Positions 9,156-20,059 of a stretch of DNA of 57,928 bases are shown here, one piece after another. This DNA is from an uncultured virus (IMG/VR IMGVR_UViG_3300018915_000003) (lineage: Duplodnaviria; Heunggongvirae; Uroviricota; Caudoviricetes). The DNA is taken from the IMG/VR virus record IMGVR_UViG_3300018915_000003, one strand, 5' to 3'. Within the stretch, counting starts at the first letter, position 1. Every line of letters starts with the position of its first letter. Under the pieces are notes generated by a model. That model was not told the origin of the DNA and searched no databases. It worked only from the letters and a program-made list of their open reading frames with translations. A program made the position numbers and the translations under genes.

Positions 9156-10346
9156 CTACTCGCCGGTGCCTTGTTCTACATACCAGTAGTATCCGTCTAT
9201 GGTCTTGCTTACGGCCTCAGTCGGATCTATCTGCATGAATGGCATGAGCGCAGTAGTAGACGCTGGGACATCTGCCGTTATAGTTGAACTCCAAGCCCCT
9301 GCATTGAGTGCCCATTGGAAGCCTGTATCGCCTGCTGGTGCTCTAAACTGTATTAGAGTTATGGTGTTGGCTGCTACTGCAACACCCGTATCAACGAATA
9401 CAGTAGAACCCGCGTTGTCGTTGTGTGCTATCTGCCAGTTGGTATCGGTTCCAGCCCTGTAGGTCAGGGCGATACCCTGATTACTACTAAGAAAGTCATC
9501 GCTTCCTGTTATGAGTCCAGTAGTGTTGTTTATGAATCCAACGAATGTGCGTTGTGCCGTCAGGGTGCTGACCTTGAACCTACAAACGAAATAGTTCTGC
9601 AAGGCTCTTACTGTACCGGCCCCAGAGTTGCCCCTATTACCCGCTGCTGTACCGACCACTGCGGATACAAAGGGCAAATACTTACCTGTTGACGTATATG
9701 TCAGGGAGCCTGCGCCTACGGCCGAGGTAAGTCCTGAGTTCATACCAGTTCCAGAAGTACCACCTCCAGGCATCCAGAGCGCCCATATCTTCTTGGTGGT
9801 GAATGGGTTAGTCGTTGAAGTTGCTCCTCCTCCACCTGTGGGGAAGTTGGTGAATGTGTTAGTGTTATAGTCCATAGACTTGCCCGTCAGGGTTGCGGGG
9901 TGAGCCTCAAACACGATGGTATCGGTAGCTGTGAGTGATGGGATGTTTAAGCCCCTGTCTGCTGTAATAGGGAATTGTCTGAACCTACCATAGTTTCCTG
10001 CGCCATCATTTGACCTGATTCTAATGTTATCGTTGTAGAACCACTTGACGCCGGTGAAAGTCTGATTCTCTGCTAAAACTGCGAGGGTATCATTAGCCGT
10101 TAATAATGGGAGGGTGACGTTTCTGTCTGCCGTGATTGCACTACCAAGAACGGAATACCTGAAAGTGTTGGCGGGGTTGGCTATTCCAAACTTACCTGAG
10201 CGAAACTTTGTTGTTGTAGCAATATCTACGGGGTCGGTTGCTGATTGGTCTAAGCCTGTAAGTAGGCCGTTAACCATGTCAAAGTCATCGGTGGTTACAG
10301 AGCCCGCAATCGCGCCTCTGCCTTTGTTAAACATTCTTCGAACCAT
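9156..10346 (-). CDS. Virion fibre/receptor-binding-like protein
   Basis: 396 aa; internal repeat 'ITADRNVTLPLLTANDTL'/'ITADRGLNIPSLTATDTI', Gly hinge, beta-rich C-terminal domain. Confidence 0.55.
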   Translation of the reverse strand: MVRRMFNKGRGAIAGSVTTDDFDMVNGLLTGLDQSATDPVDIATTTKFRSGKFGIANPANTFRYSVLGSAITADRNVTLPLLTANDTLAVLAENQTFTGVKWFYNDNIRIRSNDGAGNYGRFRQFPITADRGLNIPSLTATDTIVFEAHPATLTGKSMDYNTNTFTNFPTGGGGATSTTNPFTTKKIWALWMPGGGTSGTGMNSGLTSAVGAGSLTYTSTGKYLPFVSAVVGTAAGNRGNSGAGTVRALQNYFVCRFKVSTLTAQRTFVGFINNTTGLITGSDDFLSSNQGIALTYRAGTDTNWQIAHNDNAGSTVFVDTGVAVAANTITLIQFRAPAGDTGFQWALNAGAWSSTITADVPASTTALMPFMQIDPTEAVSKTIDGYYWYVEQGTGE

Positions 10347-10424
10347 TTTATACTATAATCTCTCAAGGACTTTAGTGCGGATTGCATAAAACTGAACTAA
10401 GAATGGATTAGTAGAATAACAGGA

Positions 10425-10462
10425 TAAAATGAAAAGAAAAGGGAAAGGGGTATTTAGCCCCT
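10425..10462 (-). terminator. Hairpin/T-tract terminator
   Basis: Minus strand AGGGGCTAAATACCCCT followed by TTCCCTTTTCTTTTCATTTT, after the stop at 10492. Confidence 0.5.
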
Positions 10463-10491
10463 AATGGGTTGGACTTTTAGTTTAGTTTAGT

Positions 10492-11979
10492 TTAGTTTAG
10501 CTGTTGAGTAACTGTGGTTTTAAGTAACTCTAGGCGTTCCTGTATGTCTTGAATCTGTGCTAATATGTCTTGTGGGTTTACTTCTTGAGCTGCTTCTTCA
10601 ACTTCTTCTACTGTTGGCTCAACCTGTTCTGCGATTGCTTCAGCTTCTTCAACTATCGCTTCTCCTGCTTCTTCAGCTGTTGTTTCACCAGCGAAGAGTT
10701 CGGCTGCAAGTTGGTTGAGGAATTCTTCAAATTCTGCGTCGAGGTCGTTTTCTTCGAGAAGTGTCTCGGTTACATCGACGGTGACTAATTGCTCAGTTGT
10801 GACATTGGTTGCCTGTTCTACTTCTTCTACTGCTTCAGTTGCGCCTTCTTCAGCTTCGACTGCTTCTTGGACTTCTTCTTCAGCTACCTGTTGGCTTTCC
10901 TGTGTTAGGGCTTGTCCTGCTTGGGAGTCTGCCTCTATCACTGCGTTGCCTATGAGGATAAGGCCGAATGTCTTAAAGTCTTCAAGAGTTTGAGCTGCGA
11001 ATGGTGCGAATTGAATTGGGTCAGTGAATGCGTTGCCTAGAATGGTTGGTGTTCCGCCTGCTGTTGGTAATTGCTCACAAACACATGCCTCACCTTCTGC
11101 TGTTGTTGTAGTTGTTGTTGTTGCTTCTGCTGATGTGAATGTTTCACCTGCTGCTTCTTCAGCTTCACCAGTTACTTCTTCCTCTTCTTCTTCTACAGCT
11201 ACTTCTTCACCTTTAGCTTCTTTTCCACTGTCAGCTGATGCCTCTTGCACTGTTAGCAAGTTAATGGCTGCCGTTACGTGGGCAGCTGCTTGTGCCATGA
11301 TTGAGTCATCTTGTGTTGTTGTTGGTTGTGGTTGTACTGCTGGAGTGGCTTCTTCGCCTTGTGCTCCTGCGCCTGGAAGTGGGGTTTCTAATGTTGCATT
11401 CTGTGCTTGTTGGACTGTTGTTGCATTGCTTGTTGCTGCATTATTTGCTGTTGCTTCACCTGTTGGTGCTGCTGTTGTTGTTGCTGCTGGTTGTTGTTCA
11501 GGATTAAGGTCGCATCCATAGCCGTCTTTGTCTCTGTCCAATTTATGTGGATCTGGTGAGAGTGTTGTAAAGTGTCGGGCGAAGCCAACATCTGCACCAC
11601 AGTTAAGGTCTGGCGGTGAAGGTGGAAGGCATAAAGTTGGATAAGATGGATCACAAACTGCTGCTGTGACTACTGTTTCGCCTTCTGCTTCTGTTGTTAC
11701 GGCTGCCTCTTCAGCTGCTTCAACGACTGCTACTGCTTCTTCTTCTGCTGCTTGTAATACTTCTGGTTGTCCTTGTCCTAATTGCGGTTCTTGTAGTTGC
11801 TCACTCGTTATTGTTCCGAATGCGCTGGTTCCTGCATTGATCTGTCCTAGTAGGTATTCTTCGCTAGCTTCTTGTGCCATTGCTGGCCTCAAGCCTGATA
11901 TAGATGCTCCAAGTAAGAGCATCGACATCACTGCTATGGCCGCGAATATGCCTAGTGCATTATTCGTTTTTGAATTCAT
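10492..11979 (-). CDS. Secreted acidic protein with Excalibur-like Ca-binding domain
   Basis: Signal peptide; 'CDPSYPTLCLPPSPPDLNC...DPHKLDRDKDGYGC' motif; E/A/T/Q-rich remainder. Confidence 0.75.
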   Translation of the reverse strand: MNSKTNNALGIFAAIAVMSMLLLGASISGLRPAMAQEASEEYLLGQINAGTSAFGTITSEQLQEPQLGQGQPEVLQAAEEEAVAVVEAAEEAAVTTEAEGETVVTAAVCDPSYPTLCLPPSPPDLNCGADVGFARHFTTLSPDPHKLDRDKDGYGCDLNPEQQPAATTTAAPTGEATANNAATSNATTVQQAQNATLETPLPGAGAQGEEATPAVQPQPTTTQDDSIMAQAAAHVTAAINLLTVQEASADSGKEAKGEEVAVEEEEEEVTGEAEEAAGETFTSAEATTTTTTTAEGEACVCEQLPTAGGTPTILGNAFTDPIQFAPFAAQTLEDFKTFGLILIGNAVIEADSQAGQALTQESQQVAEEEVQEAVEAEEGATEAVEEVEQATNVTTEQLVTVDVTETLLEENDLDAEFEEFLNQLAAELFAGETTAEEAGEAIVEEAEAIAEQVEPTVEEVEEAAQEVNPQDILAQIQDIQERLELLKTTVTQQLN

Positions 11980-12058
11980 TGTATTGGGGTAACATGCTAT
12001 TAACTTTAAACTTTGCTATTGTAAAAAATAAGATGGTAGCTTTCGATTAATTGTTCGG

Positions 12059-12187
12059 TTAAGCGATTCCTGTTGTCAGTACAAGTCTGCTCCCACATCG
12101 GACACAATTCTCCTTATTCGTACGAAAATCATAAGAGACGTGTCTGCACATAGGGCAACTCTTCAGGCGTGTGATAACTCCGGTCAT
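12059..12187 (-). CDS. Micro Zn-ribbon protein (42 aa, not in ORF track)
   Basis: MTGVITRLKSCPMCRHVSYDFRTNKENCVRCGSRLVLTTGIA; TTTTTTATAT TATA-like box upstream. Confidence 0.55.
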   Translation of the reverse strand: MTGVITRLKSCPMCRHVSYDFRTNKENCVRCGSRLVLTTGIA

Positions 12188-12278
12188 GATGTAATTATTG
12201 CAACCTCCTTTGTAATTATTACAGAATATTATCGGCATGGATATAAAAAATGTGTTATGGTTTGATGGTTACTGGTCA

Positions 12279-12905
12279 TCAATCAACCGGTTCGGATGGA
12301 GGGGGTATATAATGGGGGATATCACATCCATACTTATTCGCTGTCATATACTTGTCTATGATACGCCTGATCTTAGTCTCGTATAGCCTTCTGCCCTCTT
12401 CAGTTTCCAAGAGTTTGACCATCGAGTCTCTGATCCATCTGCCCTCTCCTCGCTTGAGCACGTAGTCGTCGGGTATGTCCTTGCGCCCCAGCGCGCGCAA
12501 TAGGTCTACGTTATGCCTCCTGAACATCTCGCTGAATCTAGCCCTCTCGTATTCCTTCTCGTCTATCTCTGCCAAGAGTTTGCCTTTTTCATCTACGTCA
12601 ATAATCTTGCCTATATCGGGGCCGTTGACACCGAACTTAACAGGCTTACCTATTGCAGTCCTCAGTCCCTTTCCGATTGAGTCGGGGTGTACCTTCCAGA
12701 ACTCATCTCCAATGGTCGAGAGTCCGGGGTCTATCTTCCAGTAGAATACCGCTTTGGGTTGAAAGCCTATCTTTGTCATGTCTACGCCTTCCCAGCTTTT
12801 TTTGTCCGCAGCACGCTTTCGGGCAAGTGCCACACGAACAAGGGTATAAGCGACACCTGCACCAATGACAGGGGCAAACAGTGCGAGCCATGATATTAAT
12901 CCCAT
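12279..12905 (-). CDS. Hypothetical protein with N-terminal membrane anchor
   Basis: Hydrophobic N-terminus; 'TAIGKPV...IGKIIDV' resembles part of the protease at 1850..3856. Confidence 0.6.
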   Translation of the reverse strand: MGLISWLALFAPVIGAGVAYTLVRVALARKRAADKKSWEGVDMTKIGFQPKAVFYWKIDPGLSTIGDEFWKVHPDSIGKGLRTAIGKPVKFGVNGPDIGKIIDVDEKGKLLAEIDEKEYERARFSEMFRRHNVDLLRALGRKDIPDDYVLKRGEGRWIRDSMVKLLETEEGRRLYETKIRRIIDKYMTANKYGCDIPHYIPPPSEPVD

Positions 12906-12909
12906 TCTC

Positions 12910-14628
12910 TTATTTTAGCACCCCGAACATATCAATCGGTAGGTATTGCTCACGACAGAAGTCTGGGTTCTTATCACAGATTAGTATCGGCAATCTTAAC
13001 CTCTTGCGCTCCTTGTATTCCTCTATTGGCACATTCTCCATCATAATATGATATCCATTGATAACATTCACCACCGTCTGCTTCTTGAACTCTTCCTTTG
13101 ACATGGGTATGTGGTGACAGTGGATAGTCATGAGGACGTGGGTATCAGGTTTCTTTTTTATTGTTCCTATTGAAAAATATGATATTAACTTGGTGGTAGG
13201 TTTGGCGTCCTCGCCGGTAAAAGTCGTATTCTTGATTATCGAATCGCCAAAGATGTCGCTGTTAAAGTCATCACTGCTCATTGTCATGGCTCTAGTTTGG
13301 TGACCACTATGTTATAACTTGAGCGGTATTCCCCGAACCTTATGCCGAGATGTTCCTGTATCAGGTGGTCAAGGCGCCAATACATTGTCTCCACTAAACC
13401 ATCTCCAGGATAATCCTTGTGTGGGTTCATCCTAGCGCATTGGTCTTCTGTGGCATCATGCACCCTGATGATGTAGGTGACTGTTAGCCTGCGTACAGGG
13501 TCGTTAATGGAGTTGGTGATGTTTGCATTGTATTCCGTGGTGAACCCTTCTGGCCCGTATATGAGGTTGTCGAGACGGTGCTGTACCAGCCTATCAAGTT
13601 CATCCGTGATGAGAGGGCCAAAGTATTCGTTGCTCGAGCGGGGTCTCCATGAGGTCATCTTCCACAGTTGGTCTCGTGTGGGGTTATTTATGTAGAGGGT
13701 ATAGGTAACCTCTAAGTCCTGTTTGGTTTCCTGTTGTTTTTGTTGTTCTTTGTGGATGATTGGCATCTATGCTATTATTACTCCTCCTCTATCTCCTTCT
13801 CTTCCACATAAGCGAATAGCCCCTCATCAATCTGGTTCTGGTTCTCTACCAACAGGTGTTTGTATCTCTTGCATATTTCGGCAGTCCTCCGATCCCCCTC
13901 TCTCCAGACCGCCTCCCTGTCCTCTATATTGAAATATGACCTTTCGTTAATCTCTTTCCACGCAGCGTCAATCTCTTCACTACACTTGTTGAGCTCTGTT
14001 ACGTGGGCATCTGCCGGCTCCTTATCTTTGTAGACCCTCGTTATCTGGAAGTGTGTGTCTGAGTAGCGGCCTGTGACTGCGACGCAAATGAATACTTTCA
14101 TTTTATTATTATTATTTTTATTATTATTCTGGGAACCCCAAGTCTCTCTTAACATCCGCTTCCGCTTTAACTCTTGCTTCTGCCTGCTTCGCTAGGGCGC
14201 ACTCATCGCATAGATACTCATAGTAGAATCTGCCGCCGTTCCACTTGTTCGGCTTGGAAAAAGCCCTGTACTCATGCGTTGGCGGTCTATTCGCGCATAT
14301 GTCGCAGAGCAGTTCGCCATACATTTCCCCGTTCTCGTTAACGTCTAGGTTTATTACCATGTCATAGCCTCGTCACTATTACCTCGGGTCGTCCTGCTTT
14401 CTTCCAATTGCTAATCAGCGTCTGAATGCTGCTGATGCAGGTATTGCAGTACGTCCTTATGTCATCCTCTGTACCTTCGGGGGTGGTGCTACATATCTCG
14501 AACCAGCCGAAGTTATTGTGTTGCATACTCTTGCCGCAGTCACACGTCGGATTCTTCACTACCTGCATCTCCCTTCCTATCTCTTCCAACGACTGCGATT
14601 CTCCAACCTCTCGCTTTCTTCTAACCAT
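12910..14628 (-). CDS. Run of five small hypothetical ORFs (12910-13287, 13284-13766, 13778-14101, 14124-14360, 14362-14628)
   Basis: Tightly packed and co-oriented; two carry CxxC-type pairs. Confidence 0.6.
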
Positions 14629-14672
14629 GTTATTATCTCTCTAGTCCTAATTACTCATTGATAAACTTAGTT

Positions 14673-14768
14673 ATGAGTTTAAATCTCGAAAGCATGGGAC
14701 TTATCATCGGCCTGTTGATCGTTATCCTAGTTCTGGAAGCCCTAGATCTAGCCGGTCTTGGAGCATAA
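14673..14768 (+). CDS. Single-helix membrane micropeptide (31 aa)
   Basis: MSLNLESMGLIIGLLIVILVLEALDLAGLGA fills the intergenic gap. Confidence 0.4.
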   Translation: MSLNLESMGLIIGLLIVILVLEALDLAGLGA

Positions 14769-14785
14769 ACTGTTGTTGCTACCTA

Positions 14786-17495
14786 CTACTGACCAGGGCC
14801 GTACATCTTCTCTTTTTCTTTGAGTCTAACATCCAGCCAAGAGTTATCTTTCCATGACTCCCTACTGAGTATCTTTATCGTGGTGTTCGCATTTGATATA
14901 GGGACAACGCGCACCTGTGCAATGTCAGGGGGTTGGTTGGGGTGCTCATGGCTGTAAAGATATCTTGTAAAACGATACATGCGGAACTCGTAATCTTTGC
15001 CTCTGAAGGTTATTGTGAGGGTGTCGTGGATATCTACCATCCTCCCTACTAACGCGTTGACTATCCTCTCAGGAGTTAATTCAGATTCAAAGAAGGTGGG
15101 GGTTAGTGACATCAGCTCCATCTCGAAGCCGATGTTGTAGCTATCAATCTTAACCTTGGTGATTATGGGCATCTTGCTATTGTTATTACACTCCACCTAT
15201 CTCGAAGGTGATTTTGTGACCACAACGCCAGCACTTGAACACATGGATGTTATGCGGGTATCCAGGGGCTTCCTCCAATACCTGTTTGTGTAGGATATGA
15301 TTATCATGATAGCCACATAGAGGACACCAGACCAAGACACCTGTCTCTATCTGGTCGAGTCTGTCACCCATGCGGATGGGTTTGCCTACTCTTGGCTTGT
15401 GTGGGACATAGTCATCATCACTACTGGGCATTCTTCTTCTTCCAATCCCAATAACACGGCTTGCCGCCGCTCAGGTCGCTGGAGTGGAACCAGGCTAGTA
15501 CCTTGTTCTGGTCTTTATTGTCTAGAAGCATGACAGAATCCTGACAGTTATAGATAGGGTTGCCGCATGCGACGCACGTCCCCTTGACTTTCATGGCCCA
15601 CCTGTGGTATTTCTTTGGGTCTTCTTCTAGTTGGTCGGGGTCGAAGAATATACCCTTTAGCTTCCCGTTTCCTACTTGTTTATCCATTTCTGAGCACACT
15701 CATGATTATGGAAGTTGCGTGCATTACTATATGTATATTCCTCTGCAAAGTCCTTGTCTATCTCTCTGATGGGCTTGGCACACCCACCGCATATGTTGTA
15801 TTCTGATATCTTGCCAGTGCCCCTACACATAGGACAGGTGAGAAGGTTTTCTACTGTTGAGTCCTCACTCATGATATAGCCGACACATCCTTTTCTGCAC
15901 CACAACATTTACAGATAACTCGCTTCAGACCGTTTAACTTACGATAGCAGTCACCACAGTAGTTGTGACCATAGGAATCGTTTATTATCTCATCGGCTAC
16001 AGCATGGCCAAAGCTGTTGACCAGGTCTATATGGCAGTTGTCGCAGTCGTAGGCGAGGCCGCCTTTGTCTAATGTATTGTTATTATTGTGGGTCATTGTT
16101 GTTAAGCTACGGCCCCCCTCTGGTAGGATAAAAATGTATAATATCGATACACTCCTTGCAGAAGTAGTGAACGCCAACGGCCATGTAAGGATGTTGTTTT
16201 AGCACTTCATCAGACACGGCCTTTATCTCATATTTGTGGATGGCAGTCCTCTCCTGACAGCGTTCGCATGCCCTTACTGTTCCGGTTAGTATGGGAGTCA
16301 TTTGTTATTGTTCTTGCTCCTCTTGTTCCCGCTTCTCCTTCCTTTCCTTGAGGGCGTGTGTTGTTGCTGTGGTAAAGTCATCGGTCTTGACGGGTATCTG
16401 TAGTCGTTTGACTTCTGTTATTGCTGCTATCTGGTCTGGGCTCATGCGCTCCTCCATCTCTTTGTAGGCTTCTGTATTGGTGTGGTGTATGCCCGTCTTG
16501 AACCATTGGAAGGAGGTGCTGCTGCAATCGAAGTATCTGACCTCAAATATGTAGAGGGCACCTGTAGGCTTGTATTGGTCTTGTGGACGTGTTATGTGTT
16601 CCTTGTTCTTGATTGCAGCCGATATCACCATACTCTCAAACAGGAATGACTTCCACTTCTTCCACTTCTCTGTTCTAAAGACTTGATCCCAGAAGCTGGG
16701 TATGTCTACCTTATCCTCTTTCATTCTATCCGCCATCGCACCGCTAATAATGCCTCTCTCTGTAAAAGTCATACTGGGGTTGGGTAGAACGTCATCTCTT
16801 TTATTATTGCTACTCATTCTAAATAATATCCGTCCAGTATTCCAGTTTGGTCAGGCTTTTATTTATATCATCTCTCTGTGCGTTGGTCACTCTGGAATAC
16901 CTCAGCTCGGTGAGTCGATTCTTTACAAAAGCCATATCCCTCTCGAACTGTTGCCGTTCTGCATATGAGAGTTCGACTCTGTTGCTTCGATGAGTTCTGG
17001 CAAAGTTGAGGTCTTGCTGCAAGTAATGGGCTGCCCTCTTACCGAAGGCGTCTGCAAGTGCGCCCTCTACACTTGTGGGGTCTTTTGCTTTTCTCATCTC
17101 TTTTTATTACTATTCTCCACAGAAAGGCGCAGACATATCTTATCTTTGCCCGTTGTGTCATCTCTGACATTGAATTTATCCATGATGTTGGTGAGTCTCT
17201 GCCACTCATCAAGTGTGTCTAATGTGTAGCCTATTTTCTCATAACCATGCTTGCCCACATATTTGACAAAGATCGGCCCTTGTGGTGTATCTCTCCACAC
17301 CTCCAGGATGTCAGGTGGTATGAATGGTTTGTCATCGTAGTCAATCTCTATCTCTCGTATGGTCTTATCCGTTAAGTCTTGCAATACCTTCTCAGTCTCT
17401 AATAGACGGGTGTTAATTGACTCTATCCATTGGGCTAGAGTGCCTGGATTAAAAGGAAAAAGGGGATTGATTCCGTCCCCAGCGGTTGTTGTCAT
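14786..17495 (-). CDS. Run of nine small hypothetical ORFs, many Zn-finger type (14786-15172, 15186-15431, 15421-15699, 15672-15872, 15869-16097, 16107-16301, 16305-16817, 16819-17097, 17094-17495)
   Basis: Abutting or overlapping co-oriented ORFs with multiple CxxC pairs. Confidence 0.6.
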
Positions 17496-17770
17496 TCTAT
17501 CGGTGCAACACCCACCTTATGATATTTTCTGGCGTGCACTTCTCTTGATTGCTCTTCGAAGTATATTCCACAGAGAAGACACAACCACTTGCCGGGATAA
17601 TATGGGCTCTTATGAAATAGATAACCCCCTATCCAAGCATCGCTAGGTAGATTCTCCCCCGCTGCTGTCAAGTTGGGTTTGTTGCGTTGTTGCTGTCTGT
17701 TGTTGTTGTCCCTGTAGTTGTTGCTTGTTGTTGCTGTTGTGCTTTTGCTGCCTCTTGACTTGCTACCCAT
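17492..17770 (-). CDS. Small C2H2-type Zn-finger protein
   Basis: 'WLCLLCGIYF...EVHARKYH'; overlaps the 3' end of the upstream gene, so the start is uncertain. Confidence 0.5.
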   Translation of the reverse strand: MGSKSRGSKSTTATTSNNYRDNNNRQQQRNKPNLTAAGENLPSDAWIGGYLFHKSPYYPGKWLCLLCGIYFEEQSREVHARKYHKVGVAPIE

Positions 17771-20016
17771 TCCTGATACCTCTTTATGATTAAGTGTATT
17801 CTTTCCCTATCTTTCTCACAGAAGACATGAGTATCCGCTAATACCTCGTTGTCCTTGTCACCGCATATCTCACAGATTAGCTCCTGGATTGCTGGGGTTG
17901 GTTCTGGTACTGGTAATGGTTCAGGTGCTGGTTCTGGTATTGATACTGATGGTATGACTTCTAATGGAGGCGCTGGTGTTGGTTCTACTGGCTCAACGAC
18001 TATCTCTGGCTCTGCGACTGGTGATGGGGGTGTAGGTATAGATGATGGTTCTGGTACTGGGCTAGGTGTTGGTGTTGGTGTTGGTGTTGGTGTTGGTGTT
18101 GGTGTTGGTGGTGTAGGTACTGGGGTTGGTTCTGGGGTTGTTGTTGATGTTGATGTGCTCACGAGTGTGGGAGTTATCGTTCTGACCGAGAAGAATTTGA
18201 TTTTTGTCCTTACTCCATCCGTGCGGTATGTGATGATGTTCCCATTGTTTGTTCCTACAGGCATGTTGTAGATCTCATCCGTCTTTCTCTTGCCTGTGTT
18301 GTTGCCAAGCTCTATGGCGTTACAATTGCTTACAGCTGTGACATCGCCTGCACCCCATCCGCCTTTGTCTATATACTCGGCCATCTTTACCCACTTCTGT
18401 CTGTCTGCGTTAAAGACACCGTTCTTGTCCATACCTTCCTCATCACACCATACTTGTAGCATGACTGGAGTCCTGCCTGTCTTTGCTTCTACTGGTAGGT
18501 TGAACGTGACCAGTTTAACGCCTATATAGTTGTCCTTGGGCTCTTTGGTTAACTTTCTGATGCCGCCTGTATTGGAGGAATAATTGGGGTGTGTGACTTC
18601 TTTGACTAATACAACACTCTTGTCCTGTCTAATCCTGGCTTTGTATGAGTAGCCTGTACATCCGTTGTTAGATGTGGAGTGGTCGCCTATTCCTTTGTAG
18701 AGTTGGAAGGCATAAGCGCCTGCTGTCTGTCCCTCTACTGCTGTTGATATGAATTGAGCGTAGACAGTTGCTTCTATGTTGACCTGTGGAGGATTCATCC
18801 ATAATCCCAACCTTACTTGGTATTTGCCTGTGTTAGCTCCATCTAATGACCATCCGCCGTCTGCTTCCTTCTTCATGTTGGCATTCTCTTCCTTGTGTAG
18901 GAATGGATCTTTCGTTGGATTGGCCATATCCATGTAGCGTTGGAATGATGCCTGGTTGTTGCTTTCGTAGAGGAATTGGACGCCGTGGTTGTCTCGCTTT
19001 GACCCTCCTGTGACTATTGCAGGTCTTGGGGGTGATTGCGTTGTTTCTGGTTCTGGTATTGGTGTTGGTGGTACTGGTGCTGGGGTTGTTGTTGTTCCCG
19101 CGGTCGTTTCAAACGTGAACTTTTCTACCTTCTTGTTATTCCTCTCCTCAATAGCAATAGGCTCCATTGTCCCACCCTTTGCTGTTCTGAGGATTGTGTT
19201 CTGGCAGTTCTTGAACTCATTGCCCTCTACTATGACCTTGTTGGTCTGTGCATAGATGGCATGGCTTGAACCTTCCTTCCCTGATGGTGTGCTTGGGTTG
19301 GTATAGTTAGGGTCTTTGCTCTGGTTGCCGTATCTTAGGATGATAGGGCCCCATTGTTCTGAACCCTGGAAGTCCTGGAAGCAGTTGTATCCCACATAAT
19401 GGCCATAGCCGTGGACTCGTATGCCTCCAGACTTGATGAATAGATTGTGTCTTACTGTGTCATAGCCACCGTGTCGCATGGTGACGTTGGCTTCGTTGTT
19501 TATGAAGAAGTTGTCCTCAACTGTGAGGTATGAGGCTTTGAGAGAGATGGCTTCTGGGTCTGATCTCAGGTTGCGGAATATGTTGTTCCTGGCAATGCAC
19601 TCGAACTTTATGCCTGAGTGCTGTGAGTTGCCCATACGCATAGGCTCGCCACCATTTGATTCAGTATAGCTAAAGTTCTCGAACATACAATATTCGACAG
19701 TAACTCGCTTGGTTGCTGCACCAGTGATATTGATGCCCAATCCTAGCGTGGTCTTGTCTCTAAACTTACAAAAACGGATGGTAATATCTTGACAGTTTGA
19801 TATGTTGAGCTGTTTCTCGCCCTCTTTGTTTGAGGTGAAGTCCAGCCCTTCTATAACGACATTCTTCTGGCTACTGTAACTCTTGGCTCCGCCTGCTGGC
19901 TTTACCTTGGAGTTAATCAGTTTCTCCAGTTCGGGCACTGTATAGTTGCCCTGTGTGTCTTTCTTTACGGTATACCCATTCCTGGGCCCCGCAATTAACT
20001 TAGTCGATTGGCTCAT
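17668..20016 (-). CDS. Multidomain polysaccharide lyase family 6-like (parallel beta-helix) protein
   Basis: 'NGGEPMRMGNS...PEAISLKAS...VTMRHG...GGIRVHGYGH' matches the PL6 chondroitinase B/alginate lyase pattern; PT linkers, a second beta domain and a C-terminal Cys module follow. Confidence 0.75.
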   Translation of the reverse strand: MSQSTKLIAGPRNGYTVKKDTQGNYTVPELEKLINSKVKPAGGAKSYSSQKNVVIEGLDFTSNKEGEKQLNISNCQDITIRFCKFRDKTTLGLGINITGAATKRVTVEYCMFENFSYTESNGGEPMRMGNSQHSGIKFECIARNNIFRNLRSDPEAISLKASYLTVEDNFFINNEANVTMRHGGYDTVRHNLFIKSGGIRVHGYGHYVGYNCFQDFQGSEQWGPIILRYGNQSKDPNYTNPSTPSGKEGSSHAIYAQTNKVIVEGNEFKNCQNTILRTAKGGTMEPIAIEERNNKKVEKFTFETTAGTTTTPAPVPPTPIPEPETTQSPPRPAIVTGGSKRDNHGVQFLYESNNQASFQRYMDMANPTKDPFLHKEENANMKKEADGGWSLDGANTGKYQVRLGLWMNPPQVNIEATVYAQFISTAVEGQTAGAYAFQLYKGIGDHSTSNNGCTGYSYKARIRQDKSVVLVKEVTHPNYSSNTGGIRKLTKEPKDNYIGVKLVTFNLPVEAKTGRTPVMLQVWCDEEGMDKNGVFNADRQKWVKMAEYIDKGGWGAGDVTAVSNCNAIELGNNTGKRKTDEIYNMPVGTNNGNIITYRTDGVRTKIKFFSVRTITPTLVSTSTSTTTPEPTPVPTPPTPTPTPTPTPTPTPSPVPEPSSIPTPPSPVAEPEIVVEPVEPTPAPPLEVIPSVSIPEPAPEPLPVPEPTPAIQELICEICGDKDNEVLADTHVFCEKDRERIHLIIKRYQEWVASQEAAKAQQQQQATTTGTTTTDSNNATNPT

Positions 20017-20059
20017 TAGATAGTGGTGCTATGACGTGGAGACACTTAAGTTTTTGTGT

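Noticed and set aside
10478..10500. (TTTAG)n short repeat
   Set aside because: Microsatellite overlapping a stop codon and terminator region; no further structure seen
18060..18150. (GGTGTT)n tandem repeat as a DNA element
   Set aside because: Encodes the Pro-Thr linker of the PL6-like protein
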